Program-made: the position numbers and the translations under genes
Shown: piece after piece, positions 36,531 to 45,696 of the stretch
Numbering within the stretch: the stretch's first letter is position 1
How the letters are laid out: each line of letters opens with the position of its first letter
Assembly (NCBI GenBank): GCA_015488325.1
Contig: WFOA01000010.1
Span: 15,945-79,944 of the forward strand
Direction of reading: 5' to 3'
Length of the DNA: 64,000 nucleotides
DNA from: Acidimicrobiia bacterium
GTDB lineage: Bacteria > Actinomycetota > Acidimicrobiia > Spongiisociales > ZC4RG35
The notes under the pieces: generated by a model
The model's input: only the letters and a program-made list of their open reading frames with translations
Database searches by the model: none
What the model was told of the DNA's origin: nothing

Positions 36531-38315
36531 TCAGAACGCCTCGACGGCCAGCTCCATGATCCGTCCGTCCTCGGATTCGGCTGCACGCCGGCGGGCGGCG
36601 ACCTGGGGTGCCACCGACCGCACGAAGAACCGGGCCGACTCCACCTTGCCGGCGTAGAAGGGGTCGTCGGCGACCTTGGGGGCGGCGACTTCGGCGTGGC
36701 GCAGGAGCAGCCACGCCACCACGACCTCGGCGAGGCTGAACAGAAGCGGAGTCGCGTGGAGGCCCGTCAGGTAGATCTCGGCCGGTTCGGTCTGGGATGC
36801 GACGAGGTGGCCGACCATCGCGCCCACATGGGCCTGGGCGTCGTCGAGCATCCGCCCCAACAGCTCCCGCTCGGCCGACACCGGGTCGTCGGCGCCTCCG
36901 GCCTTGACGAACTCGGCGATCTCGGCGGCGAGGGCGGCCACGGCCTGGCCCTGATCCCGTGCGATCTTGCGGAAGAACAGGTCGAGACCCTGGATGCCGG
37001 TCGTGCCTTCGTAGATGCTGTCGATCTTCGCGTCCCGGATGTACTGTTCCAGCGGGTAGTCCTTCAGGTATCCGGAACCTCCGAGGGTCTGAAGGGACAG
37101 GGAGAGCAGCTCGTACCCCTTCTCCGACGAGTACCCCTTGACCAGGGGCAGCAGCAGATCGTTGCGCCGCCGCCAGGTGTCGTCGTCGGGATGGAGGTGG
37201 ACCTGATCCTGCACCCAGGCCGTGTAGGCGACGAGGGCGCGCAGCCCTTCGGCCCAGGCCTTTTGGATCATCAGCATCCGCCGGACGTCGGGGTGGGCGA
37301 TGATCGGGACCCGCGGGGACGTCTTGTCGGCGGCCCTGGTGAGATCCGGACCTTGGATCCGCTCCTTGGCGTATTCGAGGGCGTTGAGGTAGCCGGTCGA
37401 CAGGGTCGCCATCGACTTGGCGCCGATCATCATCCGGGCGTGCTCGATGACCCGGAACATCTGGCGGATCCCGTCGTGAACACCCCCGACGAGGTATCCG
37501 ACTGCGGGACGGTCCATCCCGAGGGTCAGCTCGCAGGTCGCCGACCCGTTGATGCCCATCTTCTTCTCCAGGTTGGTGGCGACGATCCCGTTGCGTTCGC
37601 CGAGGGTTCCGTCGGGGTTCACCAGGAACTTGGGGACGATGAACAGGGAGAGCCCCTTCGTTCCGGGTCTCGCACCTTCGGGTCGGGCGAGGACCAGGTG
37701 GATGATGTTCTCGGCGCCGTCGTGTTCGCCTCCGGTGATGAACCGCTTCACCCCTTCGAGGTGGTACACGTCGCCGTCGACGTGGGTCGCCTTGGTCGTT
37801 CCGGCGCCGACGTCGGAGCCGGCGTCGGGTTCGGTGAGGACCATCGTCGCGGCCCAGCCCCGCTCGACCATCGTCCGGGCGAGGTCACGCTGGGCCGGCG
37901 TGCCCTCCTCCCACAGCACCCGGGCGAACAGTGGACCCGACGCGTAGAAGGTGATGGCCGGGTTCGCTCCGAGCAGGAACTCCTGGGTCGCCCAGAAGAT
38001 GGTGGGGGGCACCACCATGCCGCCGAGCTCTTCGGGGATCCCGAGCCGGTCCCAACCGGTTTCCCGCAGCAGCGCCAGGGCTCCCTTCACCTCGTCGGGG
38101 AGGTGGATCTCGCCGTCGGTCAGCTCGAGGGGGGTACGGTCGGCGAGGGCGAACGACCGGGCCCATTCCTCGCGGGCGAAACGTTCGACCTCCCGGAGGA
38201 TGTCGCGGGCCGTGTCGAGGTCGAGGTCGGAGAACGCGTCGAGGTGCTCTTGGATGCCCAGCACCTCGAACAGGTTGAATTCCAGGTCCCGCAGGTTCGA
38301 CCGGTAGTGGGTCAT
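36531..38315 (-). CDS. Large acyl-CoA dehydrogenase (FadE5-like, ~594 aa with C-terminal extension)
   Basis: MTHYRSNLRDLEFNLFEVLG...TMVLTEPDAGSDVGAGTTKA...GVKRFITGGEHD...HLVLARPEGA.PGTKGLSLF.VPKF closely follows the FadE5-type pattern I recall. Confidence 0.9.
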   Translation of the reverse strand: MTHYRSNLRDLEFNLFEVLGIQEHLDAFSDLDLDTARDILREVERFAREEWARSFALADRTPLELTDGEIHLPDEVKGALALLRETGWDRLGIPEELGGMVVPPTIFWATQEFLLGANPAITFYASGPLFARVLWEEGTPAQRDLARTMVERGWAATMVLTEPDAGSDVGAGTTKATHVDGDVYHLEGVKRFITGGEHDGAENIIHLVLARPEGARPGTKGLSLFIVPKFLVNPDGTLGERNGIVATNLEKKMGINGSATCELTLGMDRPAVGYLVGGVHDGIRQMFRVIEHARMMIGAKSMATLSTGYLNALEYAKERIQGPDLTRAADKTSPRVPIIAHPDVRRMLMIQKAWAEGLRALVAYTAWVQDQVHLHPDDDTWRRRNDLLLPLVKGYSSEKGYELLSLSLQTLGGSGYLKDYPLEQYIRDAKIDSIYEGTTGIQGLDLFFRKIARDQGQAVAALAAEIAEFVKAGGADDPVSAERELLGRMLDDAQAHVGAMVGHLVASQTEPAEIYLTGLHATPLLFSLAEVVVAWLLLRHAEVAAPKVADDPFYAGKVESARFFVRSVAPQVAARRRAAESEDGRIMELAVEAF

Positions 38316-38349
38316 GGCCATCCCTTCTCTTTTCAGCACCCAGTCTAAT

Positions 38350-38365
38350 TTGAGTAATAGCTCAA
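38350..38365. promoter_or_regulatory. Candidate TetR operator: inverted repeat TTGAG-N6-CTCAA in an AT-rich divergent intergenic region
   Basis: TTGAGtaatagCTCAA lies in the 88-nt gap between the divergent fadE5-like (start 38315) and tetR (start 38404) genes. This is the most AT-rich stretch locally. Confidence 0.45.
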
Positions 38366-38403
38366 GAACATTCGACCTCCGGGAACCTGGTACGGTCGCC
38401 ACC

Positions 38404-38949
38404 ATGAGGAACCGCGCCGGTATCGAGACCCGGGAGCGAATCCTGGAAGCGACCCGCACGCTCCTCTCCGAGCGAGGTCTGGAGGGCACCACCGTCAAGG
38501 CGATCTGCGAGGTCGCCGGGATCCTGGCCGGGAGCTTCTACAACCTGTTCGACTCGAAGGAGCAGGTGGTGCTGTCCGTCGTCGCCGAGGCGATCGCGGC
38601 CGTCGACCCCGACGGCCCGGGCCCCGAGAGCGTGGCCGAACTCGTCGAGGCGTACGTCCGGTTCGTCACCGAGGAACAGACCCTGGCGAGGGTGTACCTG
38701 GCCGTGGCGGTGAGCAAAGGCCTCCAAGACCCCGAGATGGCCCGACGGGTGCTCCGACACCACGAGCAGCGGGTCGAACGGTTCCGACGTGCCCTGGCCG
38801 CCGAAGGACTCGGCGAACCGGAGGCCTCCCTGCGGGCGGAGGCCGTCGCCGCCACGTTGGAGGGGTATGCCCTCCATGCCCTGTTGGACCCCGGCTTCGA
38901 TCTGGCCGCCCACGCCCTCAGGTTGGTGAACGAGACGGTGGGAGCATGA
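38404..38949 (+). CDS. TetR/AcrR family transcriptional regulator
   Basis: ETRERILEATRTLLSERGLEGTTVKAICEVAGILAGSFYNLFDSKEQV is a TetR N-terminal HTH. Confidence 0.9.
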   Translation: MRNRAGIETRERILEATRTLLSERGLEGTTVKAICEVAGILAGSFYNLFDSKEQVVLSVVAEAIAAVDPDGPGPESVAELVEAYVRFVTEEQTLARVYLAVAVSKGLQDPEMARRVLRHHEQRVERFRRALAAEGLGEPEASLRAEAVAATLEGYALHALLDPGFDLAAHALRLVNETVGA

Positions 38950-39557
38950 AGGTGGAGACGCTGCGGGACGACGACACCCTCGTCGTTCGACGGGTACCGT
39001 CGATCGGCCCCTTCGACAACAACGCCTACGTCGTCGGTACCCCCGGCGGGGCAGCAGCGGTGATCGACGCCGCTGCCGAACCGGAGCTGATCATCGAGGC
39101 CTGCGCCGGCCTGACACCGCAGATGATCGTCACCACCCACGGCCACCTCGACCACATCGGCGCCCTCGACGCCGTCCAAGAGGCCTTCGACATCCCGTTC
39201 CTCCTCCACCCGGCCGACACCGAGATCGCCCAACGCTCCCCCGACGCCCCCCTCGGCGACGGCCAGGAGATCGTCCTCGGCGACGTCGCCCTCCACGTCG
39301 TCCACACCCCGGGACACACCCCGGGTTCGGTCTGCTTCGTCGTCGAGCCCTTCCTGTTCTCCGGCGACACCCTCTTCCCGGGCGGTCCCGGCGCGACCCG
39401 GTGGGAGTACTCGAGCTTCGGCCAGATCATGGATTCGCTGGAACGGCGTCTGTTCACCCTCCCCGATCCCACCTTGGTCTACCCGGGCCACGGCGATCCG
39501 ACGACCATCGGCGCCGAACGTCCCCATCTGGACGAGTGGCGGGCGCGAGGTTGGTGA
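38946..39557 (+). CDS. MBL-fold metallo-hydrolase (glyoxalase II-like)
   Basis: THGHLDHIGA (HxHxDH), HTPGHTPGS, and FSGDTLFPGGPG. ATGA overlap with tetR. Confidence 0.85.
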   Translation: MKVETLRDDDTLVVRRVPSIGPFDNNAYVVGTPGGAAAVIDAAAEPELIIEACAGLTPQMIVTTHGHLDHIGALDAVQEAFDIPFLLHPADTEIAQRSPDAPLGDGQEIVLGDVALHVVHTPGHTPGSVCFVVEPFLFSGDTLFPGGPGATRWEYSSFGQIMDSLERRLFTLPDPTLVYPGHGDPTTIGAERPHLDEWRARGW

Positions 39558-39582
39558 CCCCGAGGCGATAGGCTCGGGCGTC

Positions 39583-40506
39583 ATGGACTACGCCCTCATG
39601 ACCGAGCCGCAGATCGGCGGCACCTACGAACAGCTCCTCGAACTCGCCCGCTGGGCCGAGGCGGCCGGGATGGTCGCCTTCGCCCGTTCCGACCATCTCT
39701 ACTCGTCCCGGGAGCCTCGCCCCGACGCCACCGAGGCCTTCACCACCCTCGCCGGCCTCGCCCGGGAGACCGACCGGATCCGGCTCTGCGTGTTGGTGAC
39801 ACCGATCACGTTCCGTCACCCGGCGATCATCGCCAAGGCGGCCGCCACCATCGACCAGATGTCGGAGGGCCGCCTCGACCTGGGGATCGGAACCGGGTGG
39901 ATGGAGCTGGAACACGAGGCGTTCGGACTGACGTTCCCCCCGGAACGAGAGCGGTTCGAACGGCTGGAGGAGGCGATCCGCTACGTCCGCTCTGCCTTCG
40001 GAGACGACCACGCCCGCTTCGACGGACGCCACTATCACCTCGACGCCGAGGTGCGCCCCCGACCGTCGGGGACCCGCATCGTCGTGGGAGGCTCCGGTCC
40101 CCGCCGCACCCCCACCCTGGCCGGACGTTTCGCCGACGAGTACAACCATTTCCTCGCCCCACCGGAGACCATCGCCCCCAAGGTGGCGACGATGCGCCGG
40201 GCGGCAGAAGAGGCAGGTCGCGACCCCGAGGGGATCTGCGTGTCTGTGATGGGTCCCGTCGTGGCCGGCACCGACGAGGCGGACTACGCCGAGAGGCTGG
40301 CCCGGAGGGCGGCGAGCCGTGACCTGTCCCCGGCCGAATACGAGGAACGGCTGGTCGCGGCGGGCGTCCCGGTGGGCCCACCCGACCGACTGGCCGAGGC
40401 CGTCGGGGGTCTCGAAGCCGTCGGTGTCTCCAAGCTCTACCTGCAATGGGTCGACCTCGACGACCGCGAAGGCCTCGAAGCCACCTACCGGGCCCTCACC
40501 GGGTGA
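39583..40506 (+). CDS. LLM-class flavin/F420-dependent oxidoreductase
   Basis: The luciferase-like pattern ...FARSDH...RIRLCVLVTPITFRHPAIIAKAAATIDQMSEGRLDLGIGTGW... is typical of LLM family proteins. Confidence 0.8.
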   Translation: MDYALMTEPQIGGTYEQLLELARWAEAAGMVAFARSDHLYSSREPRPDATEAFTTLAGLARETDRIRLCVLVTPITFRHPAIIAKAAATIDQMSEGRLDLGIGTGWMELEHEAFGLTFPPERERFERLEEAIRYVRSAFGDDHARFDGRHYHLDAEVRPRPSGTRIVVGGSGPRRTPTLAGRFADEYNHFLAPPETIAPKVATMRRAAEEAGRDPEGICVSVMGPVVAGTDEADYAERLARRAASRDLSPAEYEERLVAAGVPVGPPDRLAEAVGGLEAVGVSKLYLQWVDLDDREGLEATYRALTG

Positions 40507-40548
40507 CGGCGAACCGAGACCGACGACGCCGTCGACACCCCCAAACCC

Positions 40549-41040
40549 TCAGCCGGTGCCGGGACGTTCCGCCACCTCGGCCACCACCGCCCCCGAGACC
40601 CGCAGGAGGTCGGCGACGGAGAGGGGGAACACCGTGTCCGGCGTCCCCGCCGCCACCCACACCGGATCGTGGCGGGCCAGCAGCGGGTCGGCGAACACCC
40701 GGAGCGGCTCCGGGAAGCCGAAGGGGGCCGTCCCGCCCGCGGCGAACCCCGTCGCCTCCCGCACCTCCTCCAAGGTGGCTCTCCGCACCTCGGTCCCCCC
40801 GGCGGCGACCGCCAGACGCTCGGGATCGAGCCTCCTGTCGCCGGGGACCAGCGCCACGACCGGCTCATCGTCGACCATGAACACGAGGGACTTCACGATC
40901 GCCGCCACCTCGCATCCGACCGCCCGAGCCGCCTGCTCCGCGGTCTTCGTCCCCTCCGGGAAGCGGTGGACCTCCATGGCCAGCCCGAGCTCCGAGGCGA
41001 CGTGTTGGAGACGACGGGTGGCGGCGGGGAACTCGGTCAC
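40549..41040 (-). CDS. YbaK/EbsC-type aminoacyl-tRNA editing (deacylase) domain protein
   Basis: From in-frame GTG 41040: ...HRFPEGTKTAEQAARAVGCEVAAIVKSLVFMVDDEPVVALVPGDRRLD...GFAAGGTAPFG is YbaK-like. Confidence 0.75.
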   Translation of the reverse strand: MTEFPAATRRLQHVASELGLAMEVHRFPEGTKTAEQAARAVGCEVAAIVKSLVFMVDDEPVVALVPGDRRLDPERLAVAAGGTEVRRATLEEVREATGFAAGGTAPFGFPEPLRVFADPLLARHDPVWVAAGTPDTVFPLSVADLLRVSGAVVAEVAERPGTG

Positions 41041-41109
41041 GGCCCCCGAGACTAATGATTGCTCCGGAAACGGCCGATACTGGAGGGGATCCACGAGAGG
41101 GGAACGACC

Positions 41110-42201
41110 GTGAAGACCCGCCTGCGCATCCTGGCAGCCGTGTTCGCCCTGACCGCGGCAGCGTGCGGCGGTGGCACACCCGCCGCCACCGACCCGGCCG
41201 CCCCGGCCGACGACACCACCTCCCCACCTGCGTCGGGGCCCCAGATCGCGCCGGCGTCGTTCCAGTACCACTACGACGACGTCGTCGAATACGCGTTGAC
41301 CCTCGACCAGACCCTGACGATGCGCGCCGACGGCGACGCCTCGGGTTTCGGCGACGGCCGGTACGAGCTGCCCGTCGAGATGGAAGCCGATGTGCGGGCG
41401 GACCTGACGCTGCGCTACGAGACGAGTCCCGGTCCCGACCCGGGCACCACCACCGTCCGCCTCACCTCCGAGGTGACGAACCTGGTCGTCGAAGGGACGA
41501 TCAACGGCGAGCCGGCGGCCGACACCGACATGGCCCAGCTCGGGCCGACCACCCTGCCACCGGTGGACGTCACCGTCATCGTGGACGAACGGGGCAACGT
41601 GGTGGAGATCGAGAGCTCCGGCGAAGATCTCGGAGCCCTCTTCGGCGGGCTCGGGAGCCTCGAGAACCTCGGCACCTCCCGGCTCGGCCGCCCCGTCGGC
41701 CCGGCCTTCCCCGAAGAGCCGGTGGGGGTGGGCGACACCTGGACGGAGACCACCGAGACGGAAGGCCCCGAAGGGCCCATCGTCACCCGGGCCACCCACA
41801 CCGTCGTCGGCACCGACGTCGTCGCCGGGCGGGACGTGCTCGTCGTCGAGAGCGTCTACGAGACCGACGGGTTCTCGTTCGACTTCACCGACTTCCTCCG
41901 AGGGTTCCTCGAAGGCTTCAGCGACGCCGCCGGCGAGGCCGGGGCACCCGACGAGGGGGAGCTCCAAGACATGCTCGAACAGCTCGTGTTCCGCATCGAC
42001 GTGGCGCCGACGACCAGCACCGTGACCTCCTGGTTCGATCCCGAACGGGGCCTCGTCGTCGAGGCCGACGGCAACGACGACACCGGAATGGCGATGCAGT
42101 TCCAGGGCCCCAACGAGGAGACGGGGGCGATGGAACGCCTCGACGTGGACATGTCGATCACCCAGTCGGTCTCCTACCGCCTCCTCGGCCCGGGCGCCTG
42201 A
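41110..42201 (+). CDS. Lipoprotein of unknown function
   Basis: From GTG 41110: VKTRLRILAAVFALTAAACGGG is a signal peptide with a lipobox Cys. The mature part is acidic and shows no recognised domain. Confidence 0.7.
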   Translation: MKTRLRILAAVFALTAAACGGGTPAATDPAAPADDTTSPPASGPQIAPASFQYHYDDVVEYALTLDQTLTMRADGDASGFGDGRYELPVEMEADVRADLTLRYETSPGPDPGTTTVRLTSEVTNLVVEGTINGEPAADTDMAQLGPTTLPPVDVTVIVDERGNVVEIESSGEDLGALFGGLGSLENLGTSRLGRPVGPAFPEEPVGVGDTWTETTETEGPEGPIVTRATHTVVGTDVVAGRDVLVVESVYETDGFSFDFTDFLRGFLEGFSDAAGEAGAPDEGELQDMLEQLVFRIDVAPTTSTVTSWFDPERGLVVEADGNDDTGMAMQFQGPNEETGAMERLDVDMSITQSVSYRLLGPGA

Positions 42202-42203
42202 GC

Positions 42204-42228
42204 GCGTCGACCTCGCAAGGGTCGACGC
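42204..42228 (+). terminator. Candidate stem-loop terminator after the lipoprotein gene
   Basis: GCGTCGACC-tcgcaag-GGTCGACGC, a 9-bp perfect stem, lies 3 nt after the stop. There is no U-tract. Confidence 0.4.
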
Positions 42229-42237
42229 GGCGCCTGC

Positions 42238-42263
42238 ATTTCCACTATCACGACCGTGGAATT
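42238..42263 (+). promoter_or_regulatory. suf-box copy 1: ATTTCCAC-N10-GTGGAATT inverted repeat, 12 nt upstream of sufC1
   Basis: Read directly from the sequence. One of three similarly built AT-rich 26-bp elements upstream of suf units (see findings). Confidence 0.6.
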
Positions 42264-42275
42264 TAGGCTGGGGCC

Positions 42276-43037
42276 GTGCGCACCGAGACCCCCCTCCTCC
42301 AGATCGAGAACCTCCACGCCGGGGTCGATGACGTCGAGATCCTCAAGGGCGTCGATCTCACGGTCGAACGCGGCCGCATCCACGTGCTGATGGGTCCCAA
42401 CGGCTCCGGCAAGTCCACCCTCGCCAACGTCCTCATGGGTCACCCCTCCTACGAGGTGACCGAAGGTCGCATCCTCTTCGACGGCGACGACGTCACCGAG
42501 ATGGCCCCGGACGAACGGGCACGGCGCGGCATGTTCCTCGCCTTCCAATACCCCGAAGCCATCCCCGGGGTCTCGGTGATCCAGTTCCTGCGCCAAGCCC
42601 TCTCCAACCGCCACGGCATCGACTACACGGTGCTGGAGCTGCGGCTCAAGGTGATGGACGCGATGAGAGAGCTGGGGATGGACTCCAGCTTCGCCGACCG
42701 CTACCTCAACGAGGGATTCAGCGGCGGTGAGCGGAAACGCAACGAGGTCCTGCAGATGGCGATCCTCGAGCCGACCCTCGCCATCTTGGACGAGACCGAC
42801 TCCGGTCTCGACATCGACGCCCTCAAGACCGTCGCCGAGGGGATCGACAAGCTCCGCCACCCGGACCGTGGTTTCCTCATCATCACCCACTACCAGCGGC
42901 TGTTGGACTACGTCACCCCCGACGACGTCCACGTCTTCATGGACGGCCGGGTCGTCGAGACCGGCGGCCCCGAGCTGGCGAAGCGACTCGAAGAGGAAGG
43001 GTACGAGGCCTTCCGCCGAACCGAGGTCCCCTCATGA
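42276..43037 (+). CDS. sufC: Fe-S cluster assembly ATPase SufC (copy 1)
   Basis: LQIENLHAGV...[44 protein letters not shown]...NEGFSGGERKRNEVLQM...[14 protein letters not shown] is canonical SufC. Confidence 0.95.
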   Translation: MRTETPLLQIENLHAGVDDVEILKGVDLTVERGRIHVLMGPNGSGKSTLANVLMGHPSYEVTEGRILFDGDDVTEMAPDERARRGMFLAFQYPEAIPGVSVIQFLRQALSNRHGIDYTVLELRLKVMDAMRELGMDSSFADRYLNEGFSGGERKRNEVLQMAILEPTLAILDETDSGLDIDALKTVAEGIDKLRHPDRGFLIITHYQRLLDYVTPDDVHVFMDGRVVETGGPELAKRLEEEGYEAFRRTEVPS

Positions 43038-44263
43038 GCGGTCTCGAGCACCTCCGGGCAGATTTCCCGGTGCTCCAACGGGAGATCGGGGGCAAGCCGG
43101 TGCATTTCCTCGACTCCGCCGCCAGCTCCCAGAAGCCGACGAGCGTCCTGGAAGCGATGGACGACTTCTACCGGTGCTGTTACGCCAACGTCCACCGGGG
43201 GGCGTACGCCCTGTCGGTGGAGTCGACCGAACGGTACGAGGCGGCCCGGAGCAGGGTCGCCTCGTTCATCAACGCCTCCGATCCGACCCAGGTGGCCTTC
43301 GCCCGAGGTGCCACCAGTGCGCTGAACCTCATCGCCCACGGCTGGGGTGGCGAACACCTCCGCCCCGGTGATCGGGTGCTGCTCACCGAGATGGAACACC
43401 ACGCCAACCTGGTGCCTTGGCAGATGGTCGCCGCCCGTACGGGAGCCCGCCTCGATTTCGTCCCCCTCACCGACGACTACCGGCTCGACCTGGAGGCGTT
43501 GGAGCAGAAGCTGGACGACGACGTGGCCGTCGTCGGCGTGACCGGGATGTCGAACGTCCTCGGCACCATCCCCCCGATCCCCCGGATCGCCGAGGCGGCC
43601 CGGACCGTCGGTGCTCTCCTGGTCGTGGACGGAGCCCAGCTCGTACCCCACCAACCCGTCGACGTCCAGACCCTCGGAGCCGACTTCCTCGTCTTCTCGG
43701 CCCACAAGATGCTGGGTCCGACCGGCATCGGGGCCCTGTGGGGTCGCCCCGAACGTCTCGAGGAGATGGAACCCTACGAAGGGGGCGGGGAGATGATCGC
43801 CGACGTCCAGCTCCACACCTCGACCTGGGCGGCGATCCCCCACCGTTTCGAGGCGGGGACACCGCCGATCGCCGAAGCCGTTGGTTTCGCCGCCGCGGTC
43901 GACTACCTCGACAAGGTGGGGATGGACCAGGTCGCCGCCCACGACGCCGACCTCACCGCCTACGCCCTCCAGCTCCTCGCCGAGATCCCCCACGTCACCG
44001 TGTACGGACCCGCCGACGTCGACGCCCGGGGAGGGGTGATCTCCTTCACGATGGCGGACGTCCACCCCCACGACCTGGCCACGATCCTCGACCAGCAGGG
44101 CGTGTCGGTGCGGGCGGGACATCACTGTGCCAAGCCCCTGATGCGCCGTCTCTGCGTGCCCGCCACCGCCCGGGCCTCCTTCTACGTGTACAACACCCGG
44201 ACCGACGTGGACGCCCTGGTCGAGGCCCTGGGGGTCGCATCTCGGATCTTCGGGGTCGGGTGA
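43034..44263 (+). CDS. sufS: Cysteine desulfurase SufS (group II)
   Basis: FLDSAASSQKP...ANVHRG.Y.LS...FSAHKMLGPTGIG...RAGHHCAKPL. Confidence 0.95.
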   Translation: MSGLEHLRADFPVLQREIGGKPVHFLDSAASSQKPTSVLEAMDDFYRCCYANVHRGAYALSVESTERYEAARSRVASFINASDPTQVAFARGATSALNLIAHGWGGEHLRPGDRVLLTEMEHHANLVPWQMVAARTGARLDFVPLTDDYRLDLEALEQKLDDDVAVVGVTGMSNVLGTIPPIPRIAEAARTVGALLVVDGAQLVPHQPVDVQTLGADFLVFSAHKMLGPTGIGALWGRPERLEEMEPYEGGGEMIADVQLHTSTWAAIPHRFEAGTPPIAEAVGFAAAVDYLDKVGMDQVAAHDADLTAYALQLLAEIPHVTVYGPADVDARGGVISFTMADVHPHDLATILDQQGVSVRAGHHCAKPLMRRLCVPATARASFYVYNTRTDVDALVEALGVASRIFGVG

Positions 44264-44274
44264 GGGAGGCGGAG

Positions 44275-44730
44275 ATGTCACTCGAAGAGCTGTATCGAGA
44301 GGTCATCCTCGACCACTACCGCAACCCGCGTCATCGCAAACCCCTCGACCGGGCCGACGCCCACGCCGAAGGCGTCAACCCGCTGTGCGGCGACGAGGTG
44401 ACGGTCGAACTCGCCGTCACCGACGGGAGGATCAGCGACGTCGCCGCCATCGGCCAGGGATGTTCGATCAGCCAGTCCTCGGCTTCGATGATGACCGACG
44501 CGATCCTCGGCAAGACCGTCGAAGAGGTGCGGGACCTCATCCAACGGTTCAAGGCCATGATGGACATCGACCACGAAGCCGACCTGGGTCTCGACCCGGA
44601 TCGTCCGGGGGCGGTGTTGGGGGACCTGGAAGCCCTCCAGGGCGTGCGCCGCTACCCGGTCCGGATCAAGTGCGCCAACCTCCCCTGGACCACCCTCGCC
44701 CAGGCTCTCGACCAGCTCTCCGCCTCTTAG
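44275..44730 (+). CDS. sufU: SufU/IscU-like Fe-S scaffold / sulfur acceptor
   Basis: LYREVILDHYRNPRH...NPLCGDEV...GQGCSISQSSASMMT...VRIKCANLPW is a SufU signature with three Cys ligands. Confidence 0.9.
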   Translation: MSLEELYREVILDHYRNPRHRKPLDRADAHAEGVNPLCGDEVTVELAVTDGRISDVAAIGQGCSISQSSASMMTDAILGKTVEEVRDLIQRFKAMMDIDHEADLGLDPDRPGAVLGDLEALQGVRRYPVRIKCANLPWTTLAQALDQLSAS

Positions 44731-44816
44731 GCTCTTCTTGACCTCCTGCTGATGCGCCCCTGAGTCGCATCCCGGCACGATGTCCACAGAACCGAGGGAT
44801 CAGTAGGAGGTCTCAC

Positions 44817-45692
44817 ATGGAACGAAAGATCTGGACCACGGCGGCGGCGCTCACCGTCGTTCTCGCCGTGACCGGCGTCGCCTGGGCAGGGCTGCCCCGC
44901 GCCGCCGAGACGAGCACCACCGTGACCGTGGAGAACGAGCTGGTGGCCCCGGCAGCCGACGCCGGCACCGTCACCCTCCGGAAAGTCGCCGCCGGCCTCG
45001 AGGTCGTGTCGGTGAGCCCGGCCGACGGCTGGGAGTACACCGTGAAACGTGCCGCCGGCCGGGAGGTCGAAGTCGACTTCCGAGCGATGGACGGGACGGT
45101 CGAGTTCGAGGCCGAGATCGACAACGGCCAGGTTCGCATCAAGGTGAAGGTCCGCGTGGACGCCGGTGCCTCCTCCACGACGACCGTCGATTCCACGTCC
45201 TCGACGGTGGACAGCACCTCCACCTCGGTGGCCGCCGGCCCCTCCACCACCGAGGCGGTGACGTCGACCACCATCGACGACAGCCCGTCCACCACGGTCG
45301 ACGATACGTCGCCGACCACCATCGACGACGACCGCACCACCTCGACCACGGTGTACGACGACGACGATGACGACGACCACACCACCTCGACCACGGTGTA
45401 CGACGACGATGACGACGACCGCACCACCTCGACCACGGTGGCGCAGGGCGATCCGGCCGACTTCGGCACCAAGGTCTACGACGTCGACGGCATCGGCACC
45501 GTCACCGTGGAACGGGACGCCGACGGCCTGACCCTCATCGCCGTCGTCTCCAACCCCGACTGGACGATCAACGTCGAGAAGGCCGGTCCGAAAGAGATCG
45601 AGATCGAGTTCAGGAACGGAGAGCTCGAGGTCAAGTTCGAAGCCGAGCTCGAGTACGGGGAGCTCCGGATCAAGATCGAGCGGGGTTCCTGA
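44817..45692 (+). CDS. Secreted protein with two copies of an uncharacterised ~65-aa beta-rich domain separated by a Ser/Thr/Asp-rich linker
   Basis: AGGAGG RBS. Signal peptide MERKIWTTAAALTVVLAVTGVAWA. Domain copies GTVTLRKVAAGLEVVSVSPADGWEYTVKRAAGREVEVDFRA..GTVEFEAEI and GTVTVERDADGLTLIAVVSNPDWTINVEKAGPKEIEIEFRNGELEVKFEAEL. Confidence 0.8.
   Translation: MERKIWTTAAALTVVLAVTGVAWAGLPRAAETSTTVTVENELVAPAADAGTVTLRKVAAGLEVVSVSPADGWEYTVKRAAGREVEVDFRAMDGTVEFEAEIDNGQVRIKVKVRVDAGASSTTTVDSTSSTVDSTSTSVAAGPSTTEAVTSTTIDDSPSTTVDDTSPTTIDDDRTTSTTVYDDDDDDDHTTSTTVYDDDDDDRTTSTTVAQGDPADFGTKVYDVDGIGTVTVERDADGLTLIAVVSNPDWTINVEKAGPKEIEIEFRNGELEVKFEAELEYGELRIKIERGS
45336..45440 (+). repeat. Imperfect tandem coding repeat (45/42-nt units) encoding TTSTTVYDDDDDD
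   Basis: accacctcgaccacggtgtacgacgacgac... occurs at 45336, 45381 and 45423 (the last copy partial). Confidence 0.7.
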
Positions 45693-45696
45693 CCGG

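Noticed and set aside
42238-42263. Assigning the suf-box to SufR specifically
   Set aside because: The element does not resemble the CAAC-N6-GTTG SufR operator I recall, and no regulator gene is in the window. The regulator identity is left open.
44751-44771. Weak hairpin GATGCG-N9-CGCATC after sufU as a terminator, and CCCGAG-N8-CTCGGG at 39559..39578
   Set aside because: They have 6-bp stems, large loops and no U-tract. The support is too marginal to annotate.
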